Source: Octopus vulgaris (taxonomy: Eukaryota). Taken from it: 64,000 bases of DNA. The stretch is from NCBI GenBank assembly GCA_951406725.2, contig OX597831.1, positions 6,138,001 to 6,202,000 on the forward strand. The letters run 5' to 3'. Positions 1 to 11,873 of this stretch are shown piece after piece. Position numbers and translations under genes: made by a program. The notes under the pieces were generated by a model. It saw nothing but the letters and a program-made list of their open reading frames with translations. It was not told where the DNA came from and did not search any database. Within the stretch, counting starts at the first letter, position 1; each line of letters begins with the position of its first letter.

Positions 1-210
1 CACTTTACAGAGTGTGCCGGGTGATTTTATGTGACACCATACAGGTGCTTTTACATGGTACCACACGGACGCTTTTATGTGGCACCACACAGGTGCTTTT
101 ACATGGTACCACACAGACACTTTTATGTGGCACCACACAGGTGCTTTTACATGGTACCACACGGACACTTTATGTGGCACCACACAGGTGCTTTTACATG
201 GTACCACACA
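1..210. repeat. 48-bp minisatellite (two related 24-bp subunits), about 4 copies
   Basis: Unit caccacacaggtgcttttacatggtaccacacggacgcttttatgtgg; related to the GTGCTTTTACGTGCCAC internal motif of repeat family D. Confidence 0.85.
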
Positions 211-211
211 G

Positions 212-475
212 ACATACACTCATACATACATACACACATACATACATACATACATATATACATACATACATGCATACATACATACATACACTCATACATA
301 CATACACACATACACTCATACATACTCATATATACATACATACACACATACATAATACATACATACACACATACATACATACATACACACATACATACAT
401 ACATATATATACATACATGCATACATGCATACATACATACATACACACATACATACACTCGTACATACATACATA
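212..475. repeat. (TACA)n/(CA)n microsatellite; similar tracts at about 25790-25990 and 63545-63795
   Basis: Directly visible; source of the spurious HTYI ORFs. Confidence 0.95.
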
Positions 476-1059
476 CTAACCCTAACCCCTTTAAGCTAAA
501 ACCAGTACATACGCACGAATGATATCATAAATAACAGTGACAAACGAAAAATCACCGCCGATAGTCATTGTTGACAAACAACGGCAGTAATTTTATTCAC
601 ACATCATTGATTGGTTGAAATTACCGAAATACGACAACTTTAACAAGAAATAACTTCCAAAATACAGAATTTTCTCAACAACGCTAAGAGTAAAAGATGT
701 TTTATGTGACACATTCTACAAGTATACGAAGTTTTGAAAGTGTTTAGTTACAAAAAATTATTTTTTAAATCTGTCGGTCAAAAAGTAAAGATCCAAATTC
801 ACCAACACCCAATCCTGACGTGATATGGTCCCTTTTACTGTTCATTTATCTGTCTTCTTGTGTCTTATCCAGGGTTCTACGCATTTACTTTTGGCTATCT
901 TTGATGTCTTTCTTAACTTACTGTTGCTTTCTGTCCTCTCTTTTATTCTTTTCAAACTATTTGTAGGTTATCTGATCACTATACAGAATAAGCCCACTAT
1001 TGTATGTTACTATAAAACAACTCTTTCAATGACAGCCAGAGGAACACTTTATTCCGAGA

Positions 1060-1449
1060 CTAGCAGTATCGCCCGGCGTTGCTCGGGTTTGTTTCGACCC
1101 CTCAGAATTGGAATTTTTGAAAAGATTTTGCATTATGTAGCTTGTTATTCTCTTTAAGTGAACATTTTTCTGGTTGAAATACACCGAAAAATGGCGACAC
1201 AGCAGTAAAAAAAATCGTAAAAAATAGGGATTTTCATAATAAAAATGCACCTTTTTGATGTAAATAATTTTTGGTTTTAACATGATCCAATTTGAATTTT
1301 ATTTTCTATGGAATGAAGAGCAATCCATCTTCTATCATAACTCAATTTTGGTCAACTTGCGCCGCAGGGTCTTGGAGGAGATAGTGTTAGTTGAAGGCTT
1401 ACCAAACCTGCCATACACAGACAACTTCAGCTTTATATAGAGAGAGATT
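1060..1449 (-). mobile_element. Non-autonomous Helitron-like element
   Basis: On the minus strand it begins ATCTCTCT..TATATAAAG and ends with the GC-rich hairpin CCCGAGCAACGCCGGG followed by CTAG. The same end occurs at 3350-3378 and 23619-23650. Confidence 0.65.
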
Positions 1450-2251
1450 TGAAAGAACATCATCATTTTTAGAACGGGATTAATTTGATGGTGGGTTGCA
1501 TTAGTATGTTGGTGCGACTTTGAGGAAGATGAAAATGTTTTCTCATTTAATTTTCTAAACAGCAGGAAAAAAAAAAAGTTTTAGAGAGTTGTTTCCCTTA
1601 GAACGGTAAAGTTCCGTAAGAACTGGAAGCTGCTGGGTCTTGCCTTAAAATGCTTTCCTGCTGTAAATCTTTAATATTTAATGTGATCCGCTCGAAATTA
1701 ATATTGATTCGTTTCGACATCGAGGGAAAACTCATGTTGCAGCATCCATGACTTTATCAAGGACATTAACAGCTTAACTTATTTAAAACGGCTTCAAACT
1801 CTGGATTAAAACAGATTTTACTCTTAGTTAATCGGGAACTTATTCCTTTATTTCTTGCTGTACACCGTGGACAAATATGTTAAATATTTGTAACATTATA
1901 ACTGGAACTAACAATAAAATAATATAAAGCAGATATTCCTAACCCCATGGGGTAAAATTTCAAAATGCCAATTTTTGGCAAAAACAAAAATAAAAAATTT
2001 GGGAGGAAATCTTTCCAATAGCGTGTATGTGTATGTATGTATGTATGCAGACAGGTAAAAATTTACTTACCTCTTTGCTGTCAAAAGAAAAAATGGATCA
2101 GTTCTCAACAAAATACACTCTAAGCAAGCTAGTTCAATTGAGTTTTGAACCAGTGTTTTACAAAAAATCAAAAACAAAACTTTTTCGCGCCGAAACAAAT
2201 TTTTGTGTGGGTGGAGGCGGGGGAAAGACAGATGATCGATGTCTCATTCTC

Positions 2252-2302
<51 letters not shown>

Positions 2303-2936
2303 GAACCATTTCTTAAACATACACGATATAGTCTATAAATTTAGGATGTTTTTGAAAGATATTATATTTTATCATCAGAATATATATACTTTCTCACACA
2401 ACAATTAAGATATATTTATTTTAAATCGTTCATCTTTCTCCTCACCCCGACCCCCATACGCAAAAATTAGTTTGGGCGCGGAAGATTTTTGCTTTTGTTC
2501 TTTCTTAAAACGCTGAACGCGAAAACGAAAGCAGACATATATAACAGGGATGTAGAACATATATTTCTGTACTTTCTCTTTGTTCGTATAAGTCATTGAA
2601 ATCGTTGTGCGCGCACACACAGACACAAATGTTCTCCAGGCATTTGGCTGTTATTTTTAGGATATCGACATTTACAGATTCAGTCAGTTTGGAGTTTTTC
2701 ATAGAAAATTTGAGATTAAAAAAAAAAAATTTCATATTCTTAATCTGTATTTTTCCACGTACATTGAAAAGTATATTTAAATTGGCATTCTTTCCACATG
2801 AGTCCCATTTGGACCACGTGCATTTGTTTACATTTGTCTAGCATAAAAATATGTTTTGCTGAGAGTTAATCTATTTTTTTTGACAACAAGAGTTAAGTAG
2901 CAGTTTGTCTGAATTTTTACCTGTCTACATACACGC

Positions 2937-2982
<46 letters not shown>

Positions 2983-2986
<4 letters not shown>

Positions 2987-3378
2987 TTATGTATAAAAGT
3001 CAAGTTGTGTGTCTGTCTCCTACGATTTAGATTCCTAACTACTCCCACATTTTGCGGTGCAGTTTAACCAAAACCGGGTATCTTATAGTCATGATTCATA
3101 TCGAACTCTTCTGGGTATTAGCGCGCGTCTACGATGAGTCTACGATTTAAAAAAAAATTTACCATCATTTATTCCCATTTTAATGCATTTTTTTGCTATT
3201 ATATAAGGGAAGTAACTCTCTAAAAATGTATTATTAAATCTCAACGTAAAAAGCTACAGTAACACCCCCCTTCTTTGTGGTTAGCCATATTGAGATGGCT
3301 ATTATACTTTACATCTCTAAAACTGCTTATATAGTTATTTCCCTTACAAACCCGAACAACGCCGGGCGATACTGCTAG
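2983..3378 (+). mobile_element. Non-autonomous Helitron-like element
   Basis: Ends CCCGAACAACGCCGGGCGATACTGCTAG; body is closely similar to the reverse complement of 23619-24011. Confidence 0.7.
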
Positions 3379-3432
<54 letters not shown>

Positions 3433-4421
3433 AATTATACACAATTTATATATATTTAATAACGAACCATGTAATTCACACCCAGGAAATTTTATTTCTG
3501 TAAAATGTTAGGAGTGGGTGAAACTTCCGAGGCTTCCACCTCACCCCCACTCCATTTTTCGAACCGCAAAAAGGGTTTTCTAGATGTTGGGATGGGTAAT
3601 ATTAGCATGTCACAGGAATTCATTCAACGAAAAACAAAAAAAAATTCCAATTCGCCAATCCCTTTTCCGAACCAAAATAAGGGATTTGCAGCATATTAGG
3701 GTAAGGAGGTCAGAGTACTTGATTCCACGAAAAAAAAATCTGAATTAAAAAAAAAATTTTTCATTAGTGAAAATTCCGGGTGGAGGGTGCCCACCCCCTT
3801 TCGGACCTAAATATAGGATTTGCAGCATATTACGAGGTCAGGGTACTTGATTCCACGCAAAAAAATCCGAATTTTTTTTTTTTCTTAGTGAAAATTGTGC
3901 GGGAGTCACACGAAAATTTTACCCCCACATTGATTCGGGGTTCAGTCCCTATGTGGCACCTAGGGTAAGTATGTTTTACTATAACCCCAGACCCACCCAA
4001 GCTTGGTGAATGGATCTGTTTGACGAAAACTGAAAGAAGCCCGTCGTATATACATATATATATATATATATATACAAACACATGCGTATGTATTTATATT
4101 CCGCACCGCCGTTTGACAACCGGTGCTGATTTGTTTATGTCCCCCGTAACTTAGCGGTTTGATAAGGGATATCAACAGAAAAGCTACTAGGCTTTACTAA
4201 AATATATTCTGGAGTTGATCTGTTCGGCTAAAATCTTTCAAAGTGGTACCCGAGGATGGCCGCAATTCAATGCCTGAAACAAGAAAAAGATTTTTAAAAT
4301 AATAGATATTTGTTTTGGGTCGTCAGCCGAACAAGGAAGGTAGTTCGTCTGAAGACCTTCCTGTGTTCAGTGGTTAACAAACCCCGTGTATGGACCCGGC
4401 TTCTCAGAAGACGGCAATGTG

Positions 4422-4511
4422 ATGGAGGCTGTCCCTGCTCACCATGTGAAACATCAACTCTGTGCAAGTCGACCCCTTTACAGAGAAGGAAGGGAACAGA
4501 GGGCTGTCAAG
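4422..4511 (+). CDS. RBM48: RBM48 coding exon 1
   Basis: ATG at 4422 in GTGATGG context; encodes MEAVPAHH...YREGREQRAVK; donor GTCTGT at 4512, phase 0. Confidence 0.88.
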
Positions 4512-7184
4512 GTCTGTAACACATTCCCTCAACAGTATCTTCCTGTAATTTACACAACCAGCTCTAAAAAGCTGCGTAAATTTTGTCCATAGTTACATAA
4601 ATGAACCACAGTAAACCACGCTGTATTATTTAGTATATTCTCTCCTGTTTGTTTACATAAAACTTTTCTTTCCCGCCTCATCGATCTTGTTTTTGGGTTG
4701 TTTTTCTCTAAATAAGCGATTCTGTGGCAATAATGGTTTTCTACATATATATTTCTTTACTACCCACAAGGGGCTAAACATAGAGAGGACCGGACAAACA
4801 AGGACAGACAAACGGATTAAGTCGATTACATCGACCCCAGTGCGTAACTGGTACTTTACTTATCGACCCCGAAAGGATGAAAGGCAAAGTCGACCTCGGC
4901 GGGATTTGAACTCAGAACGTAACGGCAGACGAAATAAGGCTACGCATTTCGCCCGGCGTGCTAACTGTGATTTTCTACATAAAAAAGAATTATAGATTTC
5001 ACGTTATTTGAGTATTTATTTACACAGGTAGCTGTTCCCGATTATTTTCTAAGTCTAAATCATATTTCGTCATTTATTATTTTATAATTTGTATACTTTC
5101 TAGATATGGGTTGGCATCGGATAAAACGTCCCGAGTTATGTCTTCTAGTTTTTTACGTTCCAAGTTCGAATCCCGCCCTGGTTAACTTTGACTTTCTTCT
5201 CTCCAGGGTCGATAAAATAAAGTACCACTCAAATACTGCATCACAAATTTCAGGTCCTTCGACCTGTGTTAGAAATAATTAAGGAGGTTGACTGAGCGTC
5301 GGACAAAATGCCTCGTAGTATTGTTCCTAGTTCAAATCCTGCCGATGTCAACTTTTGCTTTCATTCTTCCCTAGTCAATAAAGTAAAGTACCAATGAAGT
5401 ACTGAAGTGCATGGAATCGGTTAATCGTCCTCCCTTCAAATTTACTGGTTTCGTACCCAAATCAGAAACCATTATTTTTTTATTGGAGTTTTCGAATTTA
5501 AATTCCCTTTTGGTTTCCTTATTGCAAACCATTGGTGCCTATTTGGCAGAAGCGTCAGGGCATTTTTGTTCTGGCTTTTTGAGTTTTGAGTTCAATTCCT
5601 GTCTTGGTCAAACTTTATTATTTATCGTTCCAGGTTTGATAAATAAAATTCATGTCTAGGGTGAGTAAGGATGCCTTATGGGGCATTCCTTCGATATTGA
5701 TCTATTGATCTACAGAGTGTAGGTGTGAGGAGGCGACGTCATTTACCATCATTTTCAGCCCCCTTTGTGTCATGAGAAAAAGTTGTGTGGGTGAATAACA
5801 TCATGTACCAATAACGAAGGATTGCTCCTTATGGTATTTGTTCATGCTTTTTGTGTTTCTGAGCTCAAATCCTTCCATGGCCTACTTGAGTGATTAAAGA
5901 AACTCATTTGATAAATACTATATTGAGCTTTCTGTAATGTATCGGTAGTTCTTTGTCATATAAATGTTTCTTGTTGAAATACTTATCATTTTACATCCTA
6001 AATCTTCTTCTTTGTCAATTATTTACCTCATGACACTAACCCTGTTTCTGCTAAACGACTGATGTGTCTGTTGTTTCAATTCCTAAAGGCATACACCGTG
6101 AGTTCTGAATCCAAGTACCTGATGATATACGGAGTACCTGTGAACCGAGGGCCTGATCTTGCTCCCCTCTTTAGTGTCCATGGCAAAATCGATGAGCTGC
6201 GTGGACTTGCGGAATACTCAAAGAAAGAAGATTTCACTGAAGTGTTCCTTCTCAAGTACAAACACATCCAGTCTGCTCGGTGAGAATGATCATGCTTTAT
6301 TTCAACTCATACCATTCTTTCCAACAGAGTTCCATTTTAAAGAAGATTTGCTTTTATTGGCTCCAACTCTGTCTCCTTTTCCTCCCCAATTTTGTCTTTT
6401 CTTTTACTTGTTTCAGTTATTAGACTGCAGCCATGCTTTGGTACTGCCTTGAATTTTAGACAAGCGAATCAATCCGGTGCTTATTTGTTTTTTGTAAAAG
6501 TCCAGTACTTATTCTATCAACCTCTTTTGCTGAACTGCTAAGTTATGGTGATGTAAACACGCCAACACTGGTTGTCAAGCAGTGGGATGAGGGAACAAAC
6601 ACAGACACAAATACACTCACACACACACGCACACACACATATATATAGTAAGAGGAGGGATATGAACATCCAGGCAGATAATGCATTACTCTATGTAGAG
6701 TGCCAAGGCTGGTTTCATCTGATGGACAATTATTATGAATACACTAAGCAGAAAGTCTGAATGTTCAAATTCTTCATTTTCGTTATCAGTACACACAAAC
6801 ACACACACACACATGTCTATATACAATGAGTTTCTTTCAGTTTCCGTCTACCAAATCCGCTCAACAGGTTATAGTTAAAGACACTTGCTCAAAGTGTCAT
6901 GTAGTGGGACTGAACCCGGAACCATGTGGTTGGGAAACAAGCTTCTTACCACACAGCCAGAATACTCTAATCCTTTATCACAATCATCTCTATGTATTTA
7001 GAACGTATCTATAGACTTTAGCCAACGCTATATATTACAACAAATATAAAACATTACACACACACACACACACAATATGTTCATAGAGAGAAAAAGAAGG
7101 AACAGCTACATATACTGCATATTCAACTCTGAAGTTTCTTTGGCAGCTGTGTACCTTCCTTAACAATCTACTACACCTGCCTGC

Positions 7185-7216
<32 letters not shown>

Positions 7217-8771
7217 GCACTTCCACAGGTACTTCTCTACAATGTACCTCTCTAACCCCACCTCAGGCACCTCTCTACCTTCACTACAAGTACGTTTCTC
7301 CTACCTTGCATCTACCTGTCTACTTGTACTCCGAGTACCTCTATTCCTACCACATGTACCTGTCTATTTCTTATTTCTTTATTGCCCGCAAAGGGATAAA
7401 ACATAGCGGGGACAAACAAGGACAGACACAAGGATTACATCGACCCCAGTGCGTAACTGGTACGTAATTTATCGACCCCGAAAGGATGAAAGGCAAAGTC
7501 TACCTCGGCGGAATTTGAACTCATAACGTAGCGGCAGATGAAATACTTCTAAGCATTTCACCTAGCGTGCTAATGTTTCTGCCAGCTCGCCGCCTTACCT
7601 GTCTATTTCTATTACATGTACATTACTATGTCTACCACAGGCATCCCTCCACCCGTATTACTTGTGCCGCTGTACCTCAGCTTAGGATGTCTTTTATAGA
7701 CATATATTTATAGGAACAGATTTTATAATCCCAGGTCAAAGAATGACCCAACGTATTTCAGATTTTTTCAAGCAGTAGATGTAGGAATGTGGAGGCGCAA
7801 TGGCCCAGTGGTTAGGGCAGCGGACTCACGGTCGGAGGATCGCGGTTTCGATTCCCAGATCGGGCGTTGTGTGTTTATTGAGCGAAAACACCTAAAGCTC
7901 CACGAGGCTCTGGCAGGGGGTGGTGGCGACCCCTGCTGTACTCTTTCACCCCAACTTTCTCTCACTCTTTCTTCCTGTTTCTTGAGCAACGTTGCGATGA
8001 ACTGGCGTCCCGTCCAGCTGGGGGGAACACATATGCCACAGAAACCGGGCCCATGAGCCTGGCTAGGCTTGAAAAGGGCGCATAAATAAATAAATAAATA
8101 AACTGTAGGAATACATTATCCCATCTTTATTTTAGCCACTGCTTGCCGTGATGTGGTGAACTGAGACAGGCAGAGTTATGCACCTTGCTTTATTATTGTT
8201 CACGATTTCTTCAACTTACATGCTCAACTATGGGGTAGGAATAAGGCTTGTTTGTCAAGGAAATAAAGAAAAAGAGGGAGAGAGAGAGCTAGAGTGCGAC
8301 AAGCAAGGTTATCTACCTTGTCTCAGAAAGTGAAAGTGAAAGAGAGAAGTTACATTAATGTTACAGAGTAAAGTTTGATCTCGGCAGCCAACTTACTGTC
8401 TGTCTTTGTAAGTAGAATGGTTCAAAAATATCCAAGAAAACAGAGATTGGGAGAGGAGAACAAACAGGGTCTGCTGATGCTCAGGCAAAATGGAAGAAGT
8501 AGTAATATTGGGGCTGGATTTACTCAGCAGCATCTGCAAAGAAATATATACTCTTTTACTCGTTTCAGTCATTTGACTGCGGCCATGCTTGGGTACCGCC
8601 TTTAGTCAAGCAAATCGACCCCAGGACTTATTCTTTGTAAACCTAGTACTTATTCTATCGGTCTCTTTTTGCCGAACTGCTAAGTAAGTTACGGGGACGT
8701 AAACACACCACCATCGGTTGTCAAGCGATGTTGAGGGACAAACACTGGCCCACAACCATATACACACATAC

Positions 8772-8808
<37 letters not shown>

Positions 8809-11800
8809 CGACAGGCTTCTTTCAGTTTCTATCTTCCAAATCCACTCACAAGGCTTTGGTTACCACACAGCCATTTTCGGGATTAAGTAAAAAGATAACA
8901 AATGGAAAATAACATACCTGTATATATTTATTTATATATATATATATATATATTTATAAATAAGGATAATATCGATATTTAAATATCGATCGACGTGGTT
9001 GATGACATTACCACCTGATTGGCACTCATGCTAGTGGAACGTTAAAAGCACATCTGAGCGTGATCATTGCCAGGGCCATGGATTGGCTCCTGTGCCAGTG
9101 ACACATAAAAAGCACAATTTGAACGTGATCGTTGCCTTACCAGCACATGTGCCAGTGACATGTGAAAAACAACATTTGAGCATGGTTGTTGCCAGTGCTG
9201 CCGGACTGGCTCCCATGCAGGTAGCACGTAAAAACAGCTTTTGAGCGTGGTTGCTGCCAGAACCGCCTGACTGACCCTCGTGCCCGTGGCACGTAAAAGC
9301 ACCAACTACACCCTCAGAGGTGTTGGCATTAGGAAGGGCATCCAGCTGTAGAAGCTTTGCCAGATTAGATTGAGCCTGGTGCAGCCTCTGGCTCACCAGT
9401 CCTCGGTCAAACCGTCCAACCCATACCAGCATGGAAAGCGGGCGTTAAACAATGATGATGATATATATATATCATCATCATCATTGTTTAACGCCCGCTT
9501 ATATATAAATAAAAAAACCTGTAGTAAATAAACATGCAAACATATATGGAAAACACAGAAGGTCAAATACTGCTGAGGTCAGAGTTGTTTTTCGTTCTTT
9601 CAGTGTCAATAAAAATAAAGTACCAGTCATATAATGTGGTTGATGGTATTGACTATCCCCTTCCCCCAAATTTCAGAATCCCTTGTGCCTATATTAGAGG
9701 CAGTTACTTCAACTGGGTTTATCTTTATCTTTCAGTTATGCCAAGCGGAAGATGGATGATTTGTCCTTTTTTGGTGGTTTCCTTCATGTGTGTTATGGCC
9801 CTGAACATGAAACTGTGGCTGAGACACGGCAAAAGCTACAAGACAGGCGGAGAATTATTGCATTGAAAACTAAGAAATCTGGTGAGTTTTCTTTTTGTTG
9901 TTCTTCAAATTTTGATAAAAAGTATTTTCTGATCAGAGCCTCAAGATTCTGTAAGAGAAGAGAAAAGGGCTTGAAGCAGGACAGTGAAGTCCTCAATTGC
10001 TTGTGTCTGTGGGACAAACAGTCTGCTTCACAACAGAATATGAAGAAGGGCCCCTGAACATGGAAAGAAAACTTCTCTATTGTGTCTGTTTTTTTTTTAC
10101 ATGTTTATGTCTCTGTAATGTATAGAGAGTGGAGGCGCATGGCTTAGTGGTTAGGGTGTCAGCATCATGATCGTAAGATTGTGGTTTCGATTCCTGGACC
10201 GGGTGACGCGTTGTGTTCTTGAGCAAAACACTTCATTTCACGTTGCTCCAGTCCACTCAACAGGCAAAAATGAGTAACGCTGCGATGGACTGGTGTCCCG
10301 TCCAGCTGGGGAACACATACGCCATAGAAACCTGGCCCATGAGCCTGGCTAGGCTTTAAAAGGGCGCATTTATTTTTTATTTAGTATATAGAGAAAGCCT
10401 TTGAATTGGGGAAGTTGTCTTCTCTATTGTTGTTGTCTGTTATAAACTGTTTGAATGGAGAAGATCTTTGAGCACAGAAAGACAACATCTTTATTGCTGG
10501 TGTCTATAATAAAGTGTTGGCTTCACTTTTACAGACTCAAGTCATGAGAGATAGGGAGAGAGAGGATGGACTTGAAAGGGAAAAGAACTCTATTTGGAGA
10601 GTAATCATCTTCATCGTCTGTGTCCACAATGGACCCACTGAATCCCCAAATTTTGCTTTGATTTATTTCACTGATGAGCATCGAAACTGAAATGGCATAA
10701 GTACTAGTCTATGAGCTTTATACCTATTTCTTTACTACCCACAAGGGGCTAAACACAGAGGGGACTAACAAGGACAGACAAACGGATTAAGTCGATTATA
10801 TCGACCCCAGTGCGTAACAGGTACTTGTTTAATCGAAAGGATGAAAGGTAAAGTCAGTCTCGGCGGAATTTGAACTCAGAACGTAACGGCAGATGAAATA
10901 CCGCTAAGCATTTCGCCACTTTTTAAACCATCACACACCTGTAGTCAAGGTGTGTCTATAATAAAAACACATCTCGACTTCACACCATCACAGTGAGACC
11001 TTCTCTCATTCTGGTGTCCATGATAAATACATCTAGACCATGTATCACCAGTGGTTAATGGTTGGGGAAATGCCATTTTCCAGGTTTGGTGCACAGCTGG
11101 GTGACACAAGGCTCATTATATAAATCTGCTGAATTATTGTGAATTGTTAGTAACACTAACAGGAGTGGGTGTGTGGTAAGTAGCTTGCTTACCAACCACA
11201 TGGTTCTTGGTTCAGTCCCACAGCGTGGCACCTTGGGCAAGTGTCTTCTACCATAGCCTCGGGCCGAGCAAAGCCTTGTGGGTGGATTTGGTAAACGGAA
11301 ACTGAAAGAAGCCCTTCGCATATGTGTTTGTCCCCCCAACATCGCTTGACAACCGATGCTGGTGTGTTTTACGTCCCCGTAACTTAGCGGTTCGGCAAAA
11401 GAGACCAATAGAATAAGTCTTGGGGTCGGTTTGCTCGACTGGAGGTGGTGCTCCAGCATGGCCGCAGTCAAATGACTGAAACGAGTATAAGAGTAAACAT
11501 TTATTTAAATACTGTGTATATGAAATTATGTATTGTCATCATCATCATTTAACGTTAGACTCATGTTTGCAAACAATGGTGGTTTCTCTGACTTGAAAAT
11601 TCTTAAAAGTTTTGGTTGAAAATTTATTTTTACTGCTATTCGCTGGTGCCTCTGGGGAAAATAAGTTGACGAAAATACAGCTTGGGTCATGATGAATGTC
11701 CTCCTAAAATTGGAGTGACATGCATGCTAATTTATGGACGTGCATAAATTACATTCACATACACACAAACACATCCCACCTTTTATATATACATACATAT

Positions 11801-11842
11801 ATATATATATATACACACACACATACACACATATACATATGA

Positions 11843-11873
<31 letters not shown>

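Noticed and set aside
12-522. ORFs of 90-160 aa rich in H/T/Y/I (also around 25720-26166, 46821-47206 and 63427-63976)
   Set aside because: Translations of (TACA)n/(CA)n microsatellites and a minisatellite that lack stop codons; no splice or homology support.
4349-4355. CTGAAGA in the RBM48 leader (and other isolated CTGANGA hits such as 42241, 43201, 54779) as hammerhead cores
   Set aside because: No downstream stem II plus GAAA and NUH arrangement.
4512-6088. Possibility that RBM48 itself contains a U12-type intron
   Set aside because: None of its donors (GTCTGT, GTGAGA, GTGAGT, GTAAGT, GTAAAC) matches the RTATCCTT U12 consensus.
7789-7865. tRNA-like sequences at the heads of SINE families A, B and C
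   Set aside because: No proper acceptor stem or cloverleaf; always attached to a SINE body and multi-copy, so not tRNA genes.
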